Origin: Candidatus Lindowbacteria bacterium RIFCSPLOWO2_12_FULL_62_27
GTDB taxonomy: Bacteria; Lindowbacteria; 2-12-FULL-62-27
Length of the DNA stretch: 31,247 nucleotides
Assembly (NCBI GenBank): GCA_001784175.1
Contig: MFPR01000020.1
Coordinates: 248,001-279,247 of the forward strand
Direction of reading: 5' to 3'
Shown here: positions 1-8,156 of the stretch, one piece after another
How the letters are laid out: each line of letters opens with the position of its first letter
Numbering within the stretch: position 1 is the first letter of the stretch
Notes under the pieces: model-generated
What the model was told of the DNA's origin: nothing
The model's database searches: none
Seen by the model: only the letters and a program-made list of their open reading frames with translations
Program-made: the position numbers and the translations under genes

Positions 1-1
1 C

Positions 2-664
2 CGGACGGCCGTGGAGGCGTCGTGCAACGTGGGGATCATCCGTGCGGCCCAGCGTATTCCGCAGGAATCGTTCTACCGGGCGGTGCAATCCTTCGGATTC
101 GGAATTCCCTCCGGCGTGGAATTGCCGGGAGAGGAGAAGGGCCTCTTGAGGAAGCCGTACCGGTGGTCGCTGTCGTCGCAGACATCGATGTCGATCGGTC
201 ACGAAGTGGGTGTGACGAACCTGCAGATCGCGATGGCGATGGGGGCGATCGCGAACGGCGGGCGGCTGATGAAACCTGCGTTGATCCGCCGTCCCGGCGC
301 CGGTCCCCGCCTGGTCCGGCAGGCGATGCGACCGGAAGTGGCGTACCAGGTTCGCGATTTTCTGGTTTCTGCCGTGGAAGGCGAGATGGGGACAGGGAAG
401 AAGGCCAAAGTGCCGGGGGTGCGGGTGGGCGGCAAGACCGGCACGGCGATGGTGCCGGACCCGAAGGTTGGGGGGTATGATCCGAACCGTTTTATTTCCT
501 CCTTTGTCGGCTTTTTTCCGGCCGAATCGCCGCGGTACGTGATTTCGGTGGTGATTCACGAGCCGGCCCCGGGCATCGGGCATTTCGGCGGAGATGTGGC
601 GGCGCCCGCATTTTCGAAAGTGGGGACGGCGCTTCTCAAGCTGATCGTCCCGCCGCGGACATGA
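2..664 (+). CDS. ftsI: Penicillin-binding protein (FtsI/PBP3-like class B transpeptidase), C-terminal part; 5' end outside window
   Basis: SxN motif (ASCNVG), KTGTA motif, 'SIGHEVGVTNLQIAMAMGAIANGGRLMKP', 'SSFVGFFPAESPRY' and 'GGDVAAPAF' are typical of FtsI. The frame is open from the window start. Confidence 0.85.
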   Translation, partial: RTAVEASCNVGIIRAAQRIPQESFYRAVQSFGFGIPSGVELPGEEKGLLRKPYRWSLSSQTSMSIGHEVGVTNLQIAMAMGAIANGGRLMKPALIRRPGAGPRLVRQAMRPEVAYQVRDFLVSAVEGEMGTGKKAKVPGVRVGGKTGTAMVPDPKVGGYDPNRFISSFVGFFPAESPRYVISVVIHEPAPGIGHFGGDVAAPAFSKVGTALLKLIVPPRT

Positions 665-2112
665 GGCCGGGGAATACGGAGGCGCTCCGCCGGAACCATC
701 CGGAGTTGCTGGCGCTGCTGGAACAGACCGCGCCGCTGACCACCGCGCATCTTGAGCCGAGCCGTCGCGGGCCGGAGACGCTCGTCTGGACGGACACCGG
801 CGGCCGGCGGCGTTTTTTGCACAGCCAGGTCGATCCGGTCGAGGAGGCGCGGAAGCTGGCGGCGGCCGCGATTGCGCCGGGCATGACGCGCGCGCTGGTG
901 GTCGGGCACGGCGCCGGCCACGAACTGCGCGCGCTCGCGGCCCGGGTGGGTGAAGTGTGGGTGCTGGCGGCGAACGCGCCGCTTCTGCGGCTCCTGTGCG
1001 ACCAAACGGATCTCTCGGACATTTTTTCCAATCCTGCCGTGCGCTGGATCTTTGGCCGGCCCTCGAACATGGCGCGGCAGATGGCGGAGTTGATGAAGGA
1101 TTTGTCCGGCCGGGAGGGCGAGATCGCCGTGGTGATCCATCCCCCGTTTGTGGAGACCGTCCCGGAGGAATTCTCGTCGGTGGTGGACGTCGTTCGAAAA
1201 ATTCAGAGCGGCCGGGAGACGGAGGAGGAGTTGCGGCCGGTGGCGGCCGGGAATTTCCGGCGGAACCTGCCGGCGCTGGCGGCTCCGGGCGTTTCGAGCC
1301 TGTTTGGTCTGGCGCGAGGCCGACCTGTGGTGGTGGCCGGCGCGGGGCCGTCGCTGGACGACGCGATCGAGCCGCTGCGGGGGTTGTATTCATTTGCGTA
1401 TCTCATCGCCGTGGACACGGTGGCGGAAGGGCTGGCGGAGATGGACATGCCCGCAGACCTGATCGTGAGTCTGGATCCGCGCCCGGATTCGATGATTCAT
1501 TTTCACTCCCGTGCGGACCGGCCGAGCCGCCCGGAGATTCTGGTGTTCACGCCGATCACGTATCCCGACATTGTGCGGGCATTTGAAGGCCGCCGGATGG
1601 TGGCCATTCCCCGGCGGCATTTTTTTTTGCATCCGATTGAAGCGGACCTGTCGTGCAAGGGTCTATTGCGGAGCGGTGGGAGCGTATCGATTCTGGCCGC
1701 ATCATTGGCCGCCGCGATGACGCCGGCCTATGTATGCCTGGCCGGTGTTGACTTTCAGGCGCGCCCGCGCCATTTGTACAGCCGCCTGTCATCGTATCTG
1801 CGTCGCGCGCGTGCGGAGTTGAGCCGGGTTTCGAGTTTCGAGAACGTCGAGCACGATTTTCTGTCCAAGGAACTTAGAAAAACGCCGACCCAGTCCACCG
1901 CGCCGAGGTTGGAGCATTACGCCTCGGATTTCCGGTTGATGCTGAGAGAAACGCCCGTGCCGTTCTACACGCTGGGCCCGTCCCTGGAAGGCGTGCGTCG
2001 CGGCGCGCTCCCCTGCGTCGCGGCGCCGCGAATGGACCGGCCGATCCGCGTTCCGGAGGAAGGAGGTCCGCTGCCATCGACGCTCATGCAGCGGCTGGGC
2101 ATTTCGCCATGA
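661..2112 (+). CDS. Motility-associated factor (Maf)/DUF115 (MptE-like) family protein
   Basis: 'LHSQVDPVEEA', 'VVAGAGPSLD', 'IAVDT', 'IVSLDP', 'GGSVS' and 'LAGVDF' motifs. ATGA overlap with the ftsI stop. Confidence 0.8.
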   Translation: MRPGNTEALRRNHPELLALLEQTAPLTTAHLEPSRRGPETLVWTDTGGRRRFLHSQVDPVEEARKLAAAAIAPGMTRALVVGHGAGHELRALAARVGEVWVLAANAPLLRLLCDQTDLSDIFSNPAVRWIFGRPSNMARQMAELMKDLSGREGEIAVVIHPPFVETVPEEFSSVVDVVRKIQSGRETEEELRPVAAGNFRRNLPALAAPGVSSLFGLARGRPVVVAGAGPSLDDAIEPLRGLYSFAYLIAVDTVAEGLAEMDMPADLIVSLDPRPDSMIHFHSRADRPSRPEILVFTPITYPDIVRAFEGRRMVAIPRRHFFLHPIEADLSCKGLLRSGGSVSILAASLAAAMTPAYVCLAGVDFQARPRHLYSRLSSYLRRARAELSRVSSFENVEHDFLSKELRKTPTQSTAPRLEHYASDFRLMLRETPVPFYTLGPSLEGVRRGALPCVAAPRMDRPIRVPEEGGPLPSTLMQRLGISP

Positions 2113-3656
2113 GCTATCTGGAAGCGAATCTCGAGGCGCTGGCGACCGTCCAGCCCATGTTGGCGGAGGAGCTTCGCCTCCATCCAACGGCGCGGCACAT
2201 TGAACTTATGCCGCTCGCGGATGAAATCCCGACCCTGGACGCGATCATCGTGGTGGGACTACCGTCCTGGGAAAGCCTTCTGTCCATCCTTGGCAGCCGG
2301 ATCCCGGTGGTCATTCTGTCGCACGACGCACTGCCGGAGATCAGAACGTACCTGACGCTGCTGGACATCCGGCAGGCGATTCTGTCCGGGAGAATCTCCT
2401 TTGCGGTCGGCGAGGACGGTGTGCTGCAGGTCCTGAACGACATTTTCGGCACGCTGTACCGCCGGCGGATCACGCTGTTCGGCCGGACGGGGTCGGACAG
2501 CCACGGGCGGGCGCTGAAGGAGCTGCAGTTTTTCGACACGCTCTGTTCGTCGAACCGCGCGACGCTGGACCAATTTGCGGAGGAGTGGCAGAACAACGTG
2601 TCGGACAATCTGCAGGATTTTCTGTCCGGCCCTTTTTTGGAGGACCAGGCGGGCCGATGGTCGGGCGGTGAAGCGGTGGTGGTGGCGGCCGGGCCAAGCT
2701 TGGATGAAGTGGACATTCCGGCGGCGTTCAAGGGGGCGCCGGTGGTGGCCTGTGACACGGCGGTTCCGGTGCTGGGCATGAGGGGGGTGGCGCCGGACCT
2801 GATCGTGACGCTGGATTCGTCGGTGTCCAACCAGGCCTATTTGCAGAATCTGCCGGAGGAGATTTATCAGCGCAGTATTCTGTGCGCGACGCCCTTGGTG
2901 TCACGGCGCGTGTATCAGCGTTTTTCGAACGTCCTGTTTTATAGTTACGGGCATCCGACGCTCGACCGTCTGCGGGCCCAAGGGCTGCCATTTCAACCGC
3001 TGGCAAGCGGCGGGAGCGTGGCGCTCACCTCGGTGGACATCACGCGGCTTTTGGGCGCGCGGCGGGTGTATCTGCTCGGATTCGATTTTCAGTTTTATCC
3101 CTTTCGCACGCACGCGCGAGGCACCGGCGCGGCGCTCAGGGCAGTGCGGTCGTCGAGCCGGCTGCTGCCCGTAGAGTTGTTCGTGTATGAGTATCAGAAC
3201 GAGCTAGAGGCCACCCCGACAGGGGAGCATGCGCGGGCGGCGCTGATGGACAGGAAATTCCAGAAATGGCGCGAATGGCTCGAGCTCTATGTCCGGAACA
3301 ACGATATAGAACTTTTTCAAATGTCCCGGAACACCGCGCCGATTGCAGGCGTGCGGCCGGGCAAGCCGGAAGGAGGCGGGGGTTACAGCCGTCCGAACCT
3401 GCGTCGCCGGCCGATCCTGCCGGACGTGGAGCGGGATATGAAGTTTCTGTTGAAGGAACTCGACATCGCGCTGACGGTGTCGCCGGAGGATATCCCGCGG
3501 CAGGTATCGGGCCTACCGCGTGTGAATCAGAGTCTCGGATATGTGCTGGCGTGGTTATCGGACAAGCCTGCGTCGGAGTCGCGGGAGAAACTGCGTGCGA
3601 TCCTGTTGAGGTATCGGACCGGCGTCCAAGCCGCGCTGGGCGGTCAGGGCCGGTAG
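2109..3656 (+). CDS. Second Maf/DUF115 family protein
   Basis: 'YLEANLEAL', 'VVVAAGPSLD', 'ACDTA', 'PDLIVTLDS', 'SGGSVA' and 'LLGFDF' motifs. ATGA overlap with the previous gene. Confidence 0.8.
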   Translation: MSYLEANLEALATVQPMLAEELRLHPTARHIELMPLADEIPTLDAIIVVGLPSWESLLSILGSRIPVVILSHDALPEIRTYLTLLDIRQAILSGRISFAVGEDGVLQVLNDIFGTLYRRRITLFGRTGSDSHGRALKELQFFDTLCSSNRATLDQFAEEWQNNVSDNLQDFLSGPFLEDQAGRWSGGEAVVVAAGPSLDEVDIPAAFKGAPVVACDTAVPVLGMRGVAPDLIVTLDSSVSNQAYLQNLPEEIYQRSILCATPLVSRRVYQRFSNVLFYSYGHPTLDRLRAQGLPFQPLASGGSVALTSVDITRLLGARRVYLLGFDFQFYPFRTHARGTGAALRAVRSSSRLLPVELFVYEYQNELEATPTGEHARAALMDRKFQKWREWLELYVRNNDIELFQMSRNTAPIAGVRPGKPEGGGGYSRPNLRRRPILPDVERDMKFLLKELDIALTVSPEDIPRQVSGLPRVNQSLGYVLAWLSDKPASESREKLRAILLRYRTGVQAALGGQGR

Positions 3657-4255
3657 AGGGCTTTTTGCTGCCGGTAAAGCGAGTTGTCGGTATCGAGGGC
3701 GATGGCGGTGTCGATGGCCGTGATCGCCGCGGCGATATTGTTGAGCTTGTACTCGAGTTCCGCGAGGGTGCTCCATGCGGCGGCCTTGTCGGCGTCCCCG
3801 ATTTTTTCGACGGCCGTGCGTGCGAATCCGCGCGCCGCGTCGAGTTTTTCGTTGCGGGCGCAGTAGACGTTGGCGGCGATCAGAAGCGTGATGGGGTTGC
3901 CGCCGTCCATCGAGACGGCCTTCTCCGTCGCCTCCCGGGCCTCGTCGAGTTTGCCGAGTTCGTAATACGCGCGCGCGAGGTTGACGTGTGGCGCGGCGTA
4001 GGGTGTCTTGGAGAGGACGCCCGCCAGCTTGAAAAAGGGGATGGCCTCCTCGACACGATCGAGGTCCTGGAGGACGACTCCCAGATTGTTGTGCGCGATC
4101 GGATCCCTCGGCCGGAACTTGACAGCCTTGCGGTAGAACTGCTCCGCTCCCTCGAGGTCGCCTTTCTGGTACGCTTCGTACCCCTTGCCGACATAGTTCA
4201 CGAGGGTGATGCAGGCCGAAAGGCCAAGTAGCGCCACCCATGCCAGACGTTTCAT
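3644..4255 (-). CDS. TPR-repeat lipoprotein
   Basis: Signal peptide with lipobox MKRLAWVALLGLSA-C. TPR signatures 'AHNNLGVVL..EEAIPFF', 'HVNLARAYYELGKLDEA' and 'AWSTLAELEY'. Confidence 0.8.
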   Translation of the reverse strand: MKRLAWVALLGLSACITLVNYVGKGYEAYQKGDLEGAEQFYRKAVKFRPRDPIAHNNLGVVLQDLDRVEEAIPFFKLAGVLSKTPYAAPHVNLARAYYELGKLDEAREATEKAVSMDGGNPITLLIAANVYCARNEKLDAARGFARTAVEKIGDADKAAAWSTLAELEYKLNNIAAAITAIDTAIALDTDNSLYRQQKALYRP

Positions 4256-5283
4256 GGACCAAGGATACCAAAGACCGGCGGAAATTTCTCCGAAACGTTA
4301 CGATCTGCCTCGGCGTCCTCCTGACGGCGGGGGCGCTGGAGATGCTGATTCTTGCGCAGGGCCCGCGGTCGCCGGTTGCTCCGTATGAATCCGATTACCT
4401 TCGCGGCGACGCGCCGGCCTACCATTGGACTCCGATGAAACGGGTGGTGTCGGCGCTGACGGATGGAACCGGCGTTTCGATGTCGATTCAGCGTCAGCGA
4501 GCGGTGGCTTCGGTCTTGAGATTGGCCGGCCTTCTGGCCCTCTTGGTCTGGGCGATCCGGGAGATGGGATGGGTCGCGGGCCCGGCCGCGTTTGTCATTT
4601 TCGTGTCTTTACCGCCGACCCTTCCGGTCCTGACGCGACTGGACCCGTGGATGGACAGTGTTTGCTACAGTTGGATCGCGCTTCTTGGCTGGAGTCTGGC
4701 GCGAGTAGATGTCGGCGGGAGAGGGGGGATATTTGTCGCCGGTGTTTTATGCGGCCTTGCGGTGGACTCAAAGGCGACGGCGCTCCTGACGCTTGCGCCG
4801 GCGTCGGTGATGTACGGCCGGCGCATCGCGTTGCCGGCCGTCGGTGTTTTTCTTTTGGGCGTGATGGGCGGGATGGGCCTATCCGCGCCCGCGTGGCTGC
4901 TTCATCCCTCCCTGCTTCTCGCGCACCTTCAATACTGGCAATCCGTCAATGCTCAGCTTCCGGCGTTGCCGGTCTTTTTCCCCTGGACCGCGCTGGGGGC
5001 GGGCGTTCCGTGTGTCGTATGGATTCTTGCGATCTATGGCGCGTGTACGCTCCGGCGTCAAACTCCGATCCGCACCGCTGGAATCCTTTTCGCCGTTCCT
5101 GTCGTGTTCTTCATGGTGTATCGTTCGGTTCCGCCCGAAGGCGTCCGGCACCTGTACATGGCGCTGCCCTTCCTGTCGGCCGTGGCCGCCTCCGGTTGGA
5201 TGCGGGTCAATCCGCCCCTGAAAGTACTGTCCGTCGTTGCGTGGCTGCTCGAACTGAACTGGAGAGTATTTACGCCGCCGTAG
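4240..5283 (+). CDS. Polytopic membrane protein, GT-C (ArnT/PMT-like) glycosyltransferase-like; start uncertain
   Basis: Many hydrophobic helices. 'GLAVDSKATALL' and 'RHLYMALPFLSAVAA' resemble GT-C motifs. Confidence 0.5.
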   Translation: MPDVSWTKDTKDRRKFLRNVTICLGVLLTAGALEMLILAQGPRSPVAPYESDYLRGDAPAYHWTPMKRVVSALTDGTGVSMSIQRQRAVASVLRLAGLLALLVWAIREMGWVAGPAAFVIFVSLPPTLPVLTRLDPWMDSVCYSWIALLGWSLARVDVGGRGGIFVAGVLCGLAVDSKATALLTLAPASVMYGRRIALPAVGVFLLGVMGGMGLSAPAWLLHPSLLLAHLQYWQSVNAQLPALPVFFPWTALGAGVPCVVWILAIYGACTLRRQTPIRTAGILFAVPVVFFMVYRSVPPEGVRHLYMALPFLSAVAASGWMRVNPPLKVLSVVAWLLELNWRVFTPP

Positions 5284-5285
5284 AG

Positions 5286-6110
5286 TCACTCCCTGGATTT
5301 TCGCAAATCAGCGCTTGCAGCTTTGAGGCGTTCGCGTTCGGTGCGGGTGAGGCTGTTCATGCCGGACCTGGCGATTTTGTCGAGGAGGGTGTCGAGCTCG
5401 GCGGCGGAGAGCCGGAGTTTTTCGGATTTGCGTCGTTCGTATTTCTGGCGGACCGACGATACCCATCGCACGACGGCGTTGGGCCGCGCCGATTCACGCC
5501 GCTGGTTGAACGCAAGTTTTCGCGTGACCCAGAAGAACACGAGACCGGTCGCCAGCCCGCCGAGATGGGCCACATGCGCGACGTTTCCGGCGCCTTCGAT
5601 GCTGTAGATGAGGTCGATCAATCCAAAAATGACGATGAACCACCGGGCCTGGACGGGCACCGGGAAAAACCACAGATAGACGGGCCGGTACGGGAAGAGG
5701 ACCGCAAAGGCCACGAGCACGCCGTAGAGCGCGCCGGAGGACCCGAGAATGATGCCGTTCGGGTACGCGATGCAGGCGAGGAGCGCTGCGCCGAATCCGC
5801 AGAGCGTGTAATAGGTGAAGAACTTTCTGGACCCCATCACCTGCTCGACATCGGGGCCGAACATGAAAAGCCCGAACAGATTGAAGAGTACGTGCATCAC
5901 ATCGAAATGGAGGTACATGTAGGTAAAGAACTGCCAGACCATGCCGCCTTCGAGAGCCTGCGCCGGCGCCAGGGCCAGCAGGTTCCACGGCACCCAGCGG
6001 GTCGTGAGGAACTTCAGCAGATACAAAATGGCGTTGACCCAGAGGAGTCTGCGGACGACGGGCGTGAGCCACGACCCGATGCCGGATTCTCCGCGGATGG
6101 CGTTGTTCAT
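5286..6110 (-). CDS. Rhomboid family intramembrane serine protease with short C-terminal helical domain
   Basis: 'WQFFTYMYLH..HVLFN', catalytic 'GSSG' and 'AHLGG', C-tail 'LDTLLDKIARSGMNSLT..ER'. Start reset to the ATG at 6110 (MNNAIRG). Confidence 0.92.
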   Translation of the reverse strand: MNNAIRGESGIGSWLTPVVRRLLWVNAILYLLKFLTTRWVPWNLLALAPAQALEGGMVWQFFTYMYLHFDVMHVLFNLFGLFMFGPDVEQVMGSRKFFTYYTLCGFGAALLACIAYPNGIILGSSGALYGVLVAFAVLFPYRPVYLWFFPVPVQARWFIVIFGLIDLIYSIEGAGNVAHVAHLGGLATGLVFFWVTRKLAFNQRRESARPNAVVRWVSSVRQKYERRKSEKLRLSAAELDTLLDKIARSGMNSLTRTERERLKAASADLRKSRE

Positions 6111-6141
6111 GATGTAAGTGTACAGCCGTCGCGCGTCGGAT

Positions 6142-7077
6142 TCAAGTTTGTGACGGCTTGAACCCGCACGCGGCCTCCATGAACCGGATGACGGATTGCG
6201 GGGTGTACCGTTCCGTCGAATAGTAAACGCCGGCGTCCCGTTCGGGCAGAAGGCGCGCCGGCAGGGGTCGTGCGGCCAGGGAGGCCGGGATGATGTCCCG
6301 GGCGGATCCGTCGACGACCGCCGCGCCGAGTCCGGCGGCGGCATATCGAATCCGCGCCTCCGACGAGGTGACCTCGATGAAACTTTTCAGCCGCTCGGCC
6401 GTCGTCACCTTCGACAGAATCGCCATGATCTCGATGCAGGTTCCGGAGTTTCGGGAGGGCAGAATGAGACTTGCGGCGGCCAGTTTGCCGGCGGTGATCG
6501 TTCCACCCGCCAGGGGATGTCCCTTGGGCATCACCAGGAGTCTGGGGAATGTCCATAGGCGCTTGAAGGCGACGCCGTCGGGCGGCGGTCGCCGATGGGA
6601 CACGGCGAGGTCGATGTCGGCCGCCTGAAGCATGCGTATCAAGTCGTCGCCGGACCCGCAGCGGACGCGGATCGACGCGCGGCCGTGCTTGGCCCTGAAC
6701 CGGCCGATCAGCTTCGGCAACAGGGTCTCCGCGAAACTGGATTTCGTTCCGATCGTGACGACCCCGGCCGCGCGGCCCTTGCCCGCCTCGTCCAGCGCCA
6801 GGAGTTTCAGGGATTCGACCATTCCCAGAATCCGTCCCGCCTCGCGGTAGACCTTTTCGCCAAAGGCCGTCCGCCGCGTCCGGTCGCGCGGCTCGAACAG
6901 CTTGCCGCCCAGGATCTCCTCCAGCCGCATGACGGCCCGCGACACCGCCGGCTGCTCGATCCCCAGCTCCCGGGCCAGTCCCCGGTACGTTTGGCGCCCG
7001 GCCACCGCCGAAAAGCAGCGGATCTGCTGCAGCGTCACCGCCCCGATGTGGTGCGCCTCAAACGTCGATGATTTCAT
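6142..7077 (-). CDS. LysR family transcriptional regulator
   Basis: N-terminal wHTH 'TLQQIRCF...ARELGIEQPAVSRAVMRLEEILGGKLF', followed by a LysR substrate-binding domain; 311 aa. Confidence 0.9.
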   Translation of the reverse strand: MKSSTFEAHHIGAVTLQQIRCFSAVAGRQTYRGLARELGIEQPAVSRAVMRLEEILGGKLFEPRDRTRRTAFGEKVYREAGRILGMVESLKLLALDEAGKGRAAGVVTIGTKSSFAETLLPKLIGRFRAKHGRASIRVRCGSGDDLIRMLQAADIDLAVSHRRPPPDGVAFKRLWTFPRLLVMPKGHPLAGGTITAGKLAAASLILPSRNSGTCIEIMAILSKVTTAERLKSFIEVTSSEARIRYAAAGLGAAVVDGSARDIIPASLAARPLPARLLPERDAGVYYSTERYTPQSVIRFMEAACGFKPSQT

Positions 7078-7104
7078 GTAATCATTTCTATACTATTTAT
7101 GAAT

Positions 7105-7133
7105 TGGACAAATCAAGGGTCCCGGACGATAAT
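7105..7133 (+). promoter_or_regulatory. Putative sigma70 promoter for the Zn-ribbon/ssb unit
   Basis: TGGACA-N17-GATAAT in the AT-rich divergent intergenic region. SD AGGAG/GGAGG before the ATG at 7163. Confidence 0.55.
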
Positions 7134-7162
7134 GGGGGCGATAAGAAAAGGAGAGGAGGCGG

Positions 7163-7501
7163 ATGGAGATGAAGTTCAGGATGCGGTTTCGGGTCGGCGG
7201 GTCGGGCTTGGAGGTGGAGGACGAGGCCGAAAGCACGACCGAGTTTTTCAAAAAGGTCACCTTCTACCATTCCCTGCCCGAAACGTGCGGGAACTGCGGC
7301 AAAGGCCGCATCGTGTTTGACCACCGGATCGCGCAGGGCTACCAGTTTTACGAGATCAAGTGCCGCGACTGCAACCACGTGTTGAGATTCGGGCAATACA
7401 AAGAGGACGCCGAGCTGTTCGCCAAGTCGTGGGTCGAGAAACCTTCGCAGGAGGCGCCGGGCGTCCTCCATGAATCGGTTCGCGGCTTTGGGCCGCGATA
7501 G
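7163..7501 (+). CDS. Hypothetical Zn-ribbon protein (CxxC...CxxC)
   Basis: Strong SD; CGNC and CRDC motifs; aromatic beta-rich 'FYEIKC..LRFGQ..LF..W'. Confidence 0.8.
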   Translation: MEMKFRMRFRVGGSGLEVEDEAESTTEFFKKVTFYHSLPETCGNCGKGRIVFDHRIAQGYQFYEIKCRDCNHVLRFGQYKEDAELFAKSWVEKPSQEAPGVLHESVRGFGPR

Positions 7502-7522
7502 AATCTGACAGAGGGAGCGTGT

Positions 7523-7963
7523 GTGATGCCAAACTTCAACAAAGTGCTTCTCGCGGGCAACCTGACGCGGGACCCAGAACTAAAGCAGATGCCGCAAGGT
7601 TCGGCCGTCGCGAAATTCGGGATGGCGATCAACCGCCGCTACAAGGGCGGTGACGGAGAACTCAAGGAGGAAACCACCTTCGTCGACGTTTCCACCTTCT
7701 CCCATCAGGCGGAGACCGTTTCAAAGTTCCTCATGAAGGGCGCCGCCGTTCTGGTCGAGGGCCGGCTGAAATTCGACCGATGGGACGACAAGACGACGGG
7801 CCAGAAAAAGTCCAAGCTCTACGTCATCGCCGAGCGCGTGCAGTTTTTATCGGCGCGTCGGGCGGCCTCCGACGCGCCAGGCGCCCCGGATAACGGCAAC
7901 GACGCCATGCCCGTCGGTGTCGCCGGCGCCGGCCTGCCGCCGGAGGACGACGCGCCGTTTTGA
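7523..7963 (+). CDS. ssb: Single-stranded DNA-binding protein
   Basis: 'FNKVLLAGNLTRDPEL', 'KGAAVLVEGRL' and acidic C-tip DDAPF. The true start may be the ATG at 7526. Confidence 0.95.
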   Translation: MMPNFNKVLLAGNLTRDPELKQMPQGSAVAKFGMAINRRYKGGDGELKEETTFVDVSTFSHQAETVSKFLMKGAAVLVEGRLKFDRWDDKTTGQKKSKLYVIAERVQFLSARRAASDAPGAPDNGNDAMPVGVAGAGLPPEDDAPF

Positions 7964-7992
7964 GAGGCCGATCACCGGAGGGCCAGTCACTC

Positions 7993-8021
7993 TTGACTCC
8001 AGAACCGGATCGCCGTAATAT
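7993..8021 (+). promoter_or_regulatory. Sigma70 promoter
   Basis: TTGACT (7993-7998)-N17-TAATAT (8016-8021). Confidence 0.75.
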
Positions 8022-8025
8022 TAAG

Positions 8026-8102
8026 GCGAGTGACAATCGCGTTACCTGTTGAGCACGGGTAGTTGAGAGGAAAGGCCCGGAGGAAACTTCGGGTCTTTTT
8101 TT
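8026..8102 (+). ncRNA. Structured ~75-nt leader or sRNA ending in an intrinsic terminator
   Basis: Hairpins GCGA/TCGC (8026-8040) and TACCTGT/ACGGGTA (8043-8061), then the terminator hairpin, directly after a consensus promoter. Confidence 0.5.
8071..8102 (+). terminator. Rho-independent terminator
   Basis: AAAGGCCCGGAG-GAAA-CTTCGGGTCTTT stem with a GNRA loop, followed by T7. Confidence 0.85.
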
Positions 8103-8156
8103 GTCCGGGTTCGGCGATCTATTGCGAGATATTGCAAGATAAGTTAGACAGGCCGA

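Noticed and set aside
4425-6161. 578-aa + strand ORF
   Set aside because: Off-frame over the membrane gene and antisense to the rhomboid. It is low-complexity with no motifs, a GC-rich shadow ORF.
6111-6344. N-terminal extension of the rhomboid ORF in the track
   Set aside because: It overlaps the LysR 3' end and is Pro/Arg-rich; the ATG at 6110 fits the family.
8030-8062. Leader peptide MTIALPVEHG
   Set aside because: No SD and no run of regulatory codons, so there is no support for translational attenuation.
8111-8127. Possible sigma54 promoter (GG...TTGC)
   Set aside because: GG-to-GC spacing is 9 nt instead of the required 10.
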